DNA of 63,991 nucleotides, filler included, from Perkinsus olseni (Eukaryota): NCBI GenBank assembly GCA_013115125.1. It is 4 parts of 4 records of this genome, joined end to end, with 100 filler letters (N's around TTAATTAATTAA, not from the genome) between each part and the next. Parts side by side here need not be neighbours in the genome. Positions count along the whole stretch, not along the records: positions 51,186 to 63,991 come from JABANN010000779.1; 3 more parts are not named here. One strand, 5' to 3'. Shown piece by piece: positions 61,109 to 63,991 of this stretch (position 1 is its first letter; each line of letters starts with the position of its first letter). The notes under the pieces were generated by a model. It saw only the letters and a program-made list of their open reading frames with translations, ran no database searches and was not told where the DNA came from. The position numbers and the translations under genes were made by a program.

Positions 61109-63833
61109 CTACAGATGCCTACCTCCTCCAATACCCGCAATGATGATCAACATTGTTAGTGTAATAACATCTCGTATTCCATGATGCTCTTGGCGGCTCT
61201 CACATGCCTTCAACAAATCAACATCATCACCAGCGTCACTGAATATACTTCGACTAACACACACAAGAGGGTAGTGTGCTGCTGCTGCTGCTGCTGACCT
61301 CCTCCTCCAGCTGCTGTGAATGACGGCGGTGAATGTTATTATACCCCAATGGGCTATAGCTGGCAGCCAGATATAACATATGACTGGTAATAGTAGACCA
61401 TGAACACAAACCCAATCCTTAGCAGCAGTCAATAGTATCTGCAGAGATGATGCACTCTGTACTATGAGAGGTAGAAGAAGAGGAGGGTACCTCGGTGATA
61501 CTTGCATGATGGGACGACTCGGACGATGTGATAAGGAAATCTACGAGTTTGGTAGGCATGAACTTCTGCGCTCTAATGGGTAATAATGGCAGGAGCGTGT
61601 TGTGATACCAGGACCGGAGCTGTTCCAACAGAGGGTGGCACTGGGTAGGGGATAGGTAGACGATGGTGATGAGCACCAATAATGAAACAATGATGATAGG
61701 ATAGTAATGCTGGTGACGTCGTGTAGGGTTGTGTGGATGGGAGTAGGCTACAAGGGGCACAACGATGAGGACTGTAGGGACTGCTAATGACCTACAAGAC
61801 ACGCAGTGAGGGTAGACACGGGTGAAGGTACTGACCAGTTGATGAGCATGAGGGGTAAGGACAGGGTGAGGTAGATGAAGGAAGCTGCCGATGATAGACT
61901 TATCCAAAACTCTGATGAAGTGATGATGATGACGGCGGCATGACCTCCTCCAGCTGCAGCTGCAGTACCATTCCCAAGCTTATCGTACTGCTCTGCACGA
62001 CCGTAGATTATTGACATGAGGATCATCATGAAGGAGATGAAGGATCCACTCAGAAGAAGGAGATGACCATCATCTTCCTGATGGTCTGACATAAAGCGTG
62101 TGGCGCAGTAGCAGCAGCAGTGGGGGCCTCACCCAGTACTCCTCGACATTGAGGATCCTGTCGACTAGCAGCGGTAATGAGGGCCAACATCAGCGGGGAA
62201 CCCACCGATATGATGAGGCATAACACCAGTGTGATGGAGGTCAGGAATAATGGTAGGGACTGACGAAGGTGGTATGCAGGAGTAGACGTTATTGTTATAA
62301 TGTTACTTACTCTTCTCCTTATTGGGAATGCTTTTACTATTAATGGCGATAGTATGGCAATAGTAGGATAGAGGAATATACCATTGGACACATGAGAGGT
62401 TGGAGTGTTGTAAAAGTATACATTAAAACTATGATGTAGTTGTTGTAGCATTGAGGATGAACAATGTACGATACCTGAACGACAACAACAACAACAACAA
62501 CAACCGTGCAGCAGGAGCACTGCTAGTGTAGTATCACCTTCGATCGACTTGGCAAGATCTTTGATGTTAGTAGCAGCATAGGTGGTTACAGTGAAGGCGG
62601 GTATTTGTTGTGTTAAGAATGGTGCATGAAGGGAATGTACGTTTCCATTCATCATGGATTGCTTAAAAACAGATTCCCATACCTCATCTACTTTGATATC
62701 ATCAATACCGCTACCTACCAACGTCACCGATGATACTGATTATTAGTAATGCTAGTATTACGCCTGGCCTCTATGATATAAGCATTGGGCCAGTCCTGGT
62801 TAGGTTGCATACCGTTAATACCATCCACCTCCACCAATATACCACGACCTCTGAATGATGATACCCTAAGAGTGATGAGTAGTCATGGTGGTATTACTTC
62901 TGCATGGTGAGGTTCACAACAACACATTGCCGTATTAGCCCAATTGATGGTATATCATGATCACCATGCCAGTCCATAGTGGAACTGAGGGAAGGGGGGA
63001 CTAATACCGTAAAACGCCATCATCATTGTAGTTGTGACTACTCATGCAGCCACTGACGGATACTGAAAGCGTATGATGCTGGTCTGAGGGCGTCATCAGT
63101 GATAGCAAATACTATTATAACATCCTTGGACAGCCAATTGACGGTAGAAAATAAGCGGATTAGGGTAGAACCCAGGGCCTTGGCGTGGCTAGGGTCACCT
63201 GTTACCACCTGAGCATCACCACCAACGCTATCGTGATGATGATGCCTAGATGACTTCTCACCACCACAACTGCCTCTCGACCATCACCACGTTTACTGCG
63301 GACCATCGAGAAAGGTAGGGAGGAATCTAACAAGAGAGGGTAAGTAATCACCGTAGTGATGGTGGTATTACTTGTGAACTTATAAGTTTTTACTCCAAAG
63401 ATACTATCACTCCCATCACGAAGACGTCTTTGACTAAGCAGCTGTGACCACTGTTGGGACCTGATGATGATGCACTCTCAATGGCTCTCTTAATGAGTAT
63501 GGTTATCATTATACATATTAGGATCATCCAAAGCAAAGGAGGCCAGGCCAGGGGCCAGAGAGTGCTCTTCTATCTCAGTCGGCCTGATACGACAACTCCC
63601 TGATGGTTGGAAGGGGTATGCTACTACTAGTACCTGTCTAATTGGTGGAATATGGTTAACCATACCATACCGGCCATGCATAATGCTACGGATAGTATCC
63701 AAAGGCGACGAGGGGAAGATACGATGAGGCGAGTTAGGGCATCTATGGGCCTAGACATGCACGATGGGAGAAGAAGAACAAGAAGAAGAAGACTTGAATG
63801 AAGATCCCTCTTCCTCATTCTCATCATCATCAT
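61109..63833 (-). CDS. GAA1: GPI transamidase component Gaa1, multi-exon
   Basis: EIEEHSLAPG, NWLSKDVII, GMQPNQD, HAPFLTQQIPAFTV, LHHSFNVYFY and several C-terminal TM segments including LINWS. Confidence 0.8.
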
Positions 63834-63921
63834 CACACTCCTATCCGTAGAGTTAACTACTCAAATCATGAGGAATATAATAATAAACACAGGGTAAACT
63901 GTAGGAACTCTAATTCTATGC

Positions 63922-63991
<70 letters not shown>
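63922..63991. repeat. (GTT)n microsatellite
   Basis: Pure gtt run to the end of the window. Confidence 0.95.

Overview
Eukaryotic protist DNA, most likely a perkinsid alveolate (Perkinsus-like). This is an inference from the many ~50-nt GT-AG introns, trinucleotide-rich compartments, an intronless A1 aspartic protease and tyrosine-recombinase retroelements. The window is not contiguous: three N-TTAATTAATTAA-N linkers join four contigs (1-16971, 17072-34039, 34140-51085, 51186-63991). Contig 1 holds a TBC/Rab-GAP gene, a low-complexity Mrc1/claspin-like gene with a 51-bp coding minisatellite, and a decayed DIRS/Ngaro-type retroelement interrupted by an oppositely oriented Ty3/Gypsy RT-RNase H. 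Contig 2 holds a tandem tRNA-Pro array, a ~13-kb multi-exon locus built from >20 divergent Cys...Cys...A-x-x-F-A-x-x-W-G modules (higher-order block duplication, conserved intron position, SFLE linkers), MITEs, a DIRS RNase H relic and a strict 15-bp-period array. The modular locus is the most novel-looking feature. Contig 3 holds a WD40-like gene, an atypical aspartic protease between duplicated helicase 3' ends, a DDX60-like Ski2 helicase and a candidate tandem AP2-like DNA-binding protein. Contig 4 holds a coiled-coil gene, Fes1/HspBP1, Sld5, a PUB-domain protein, DGAT2 and GAA1. Exon boundaries were read by eye and are approximate.
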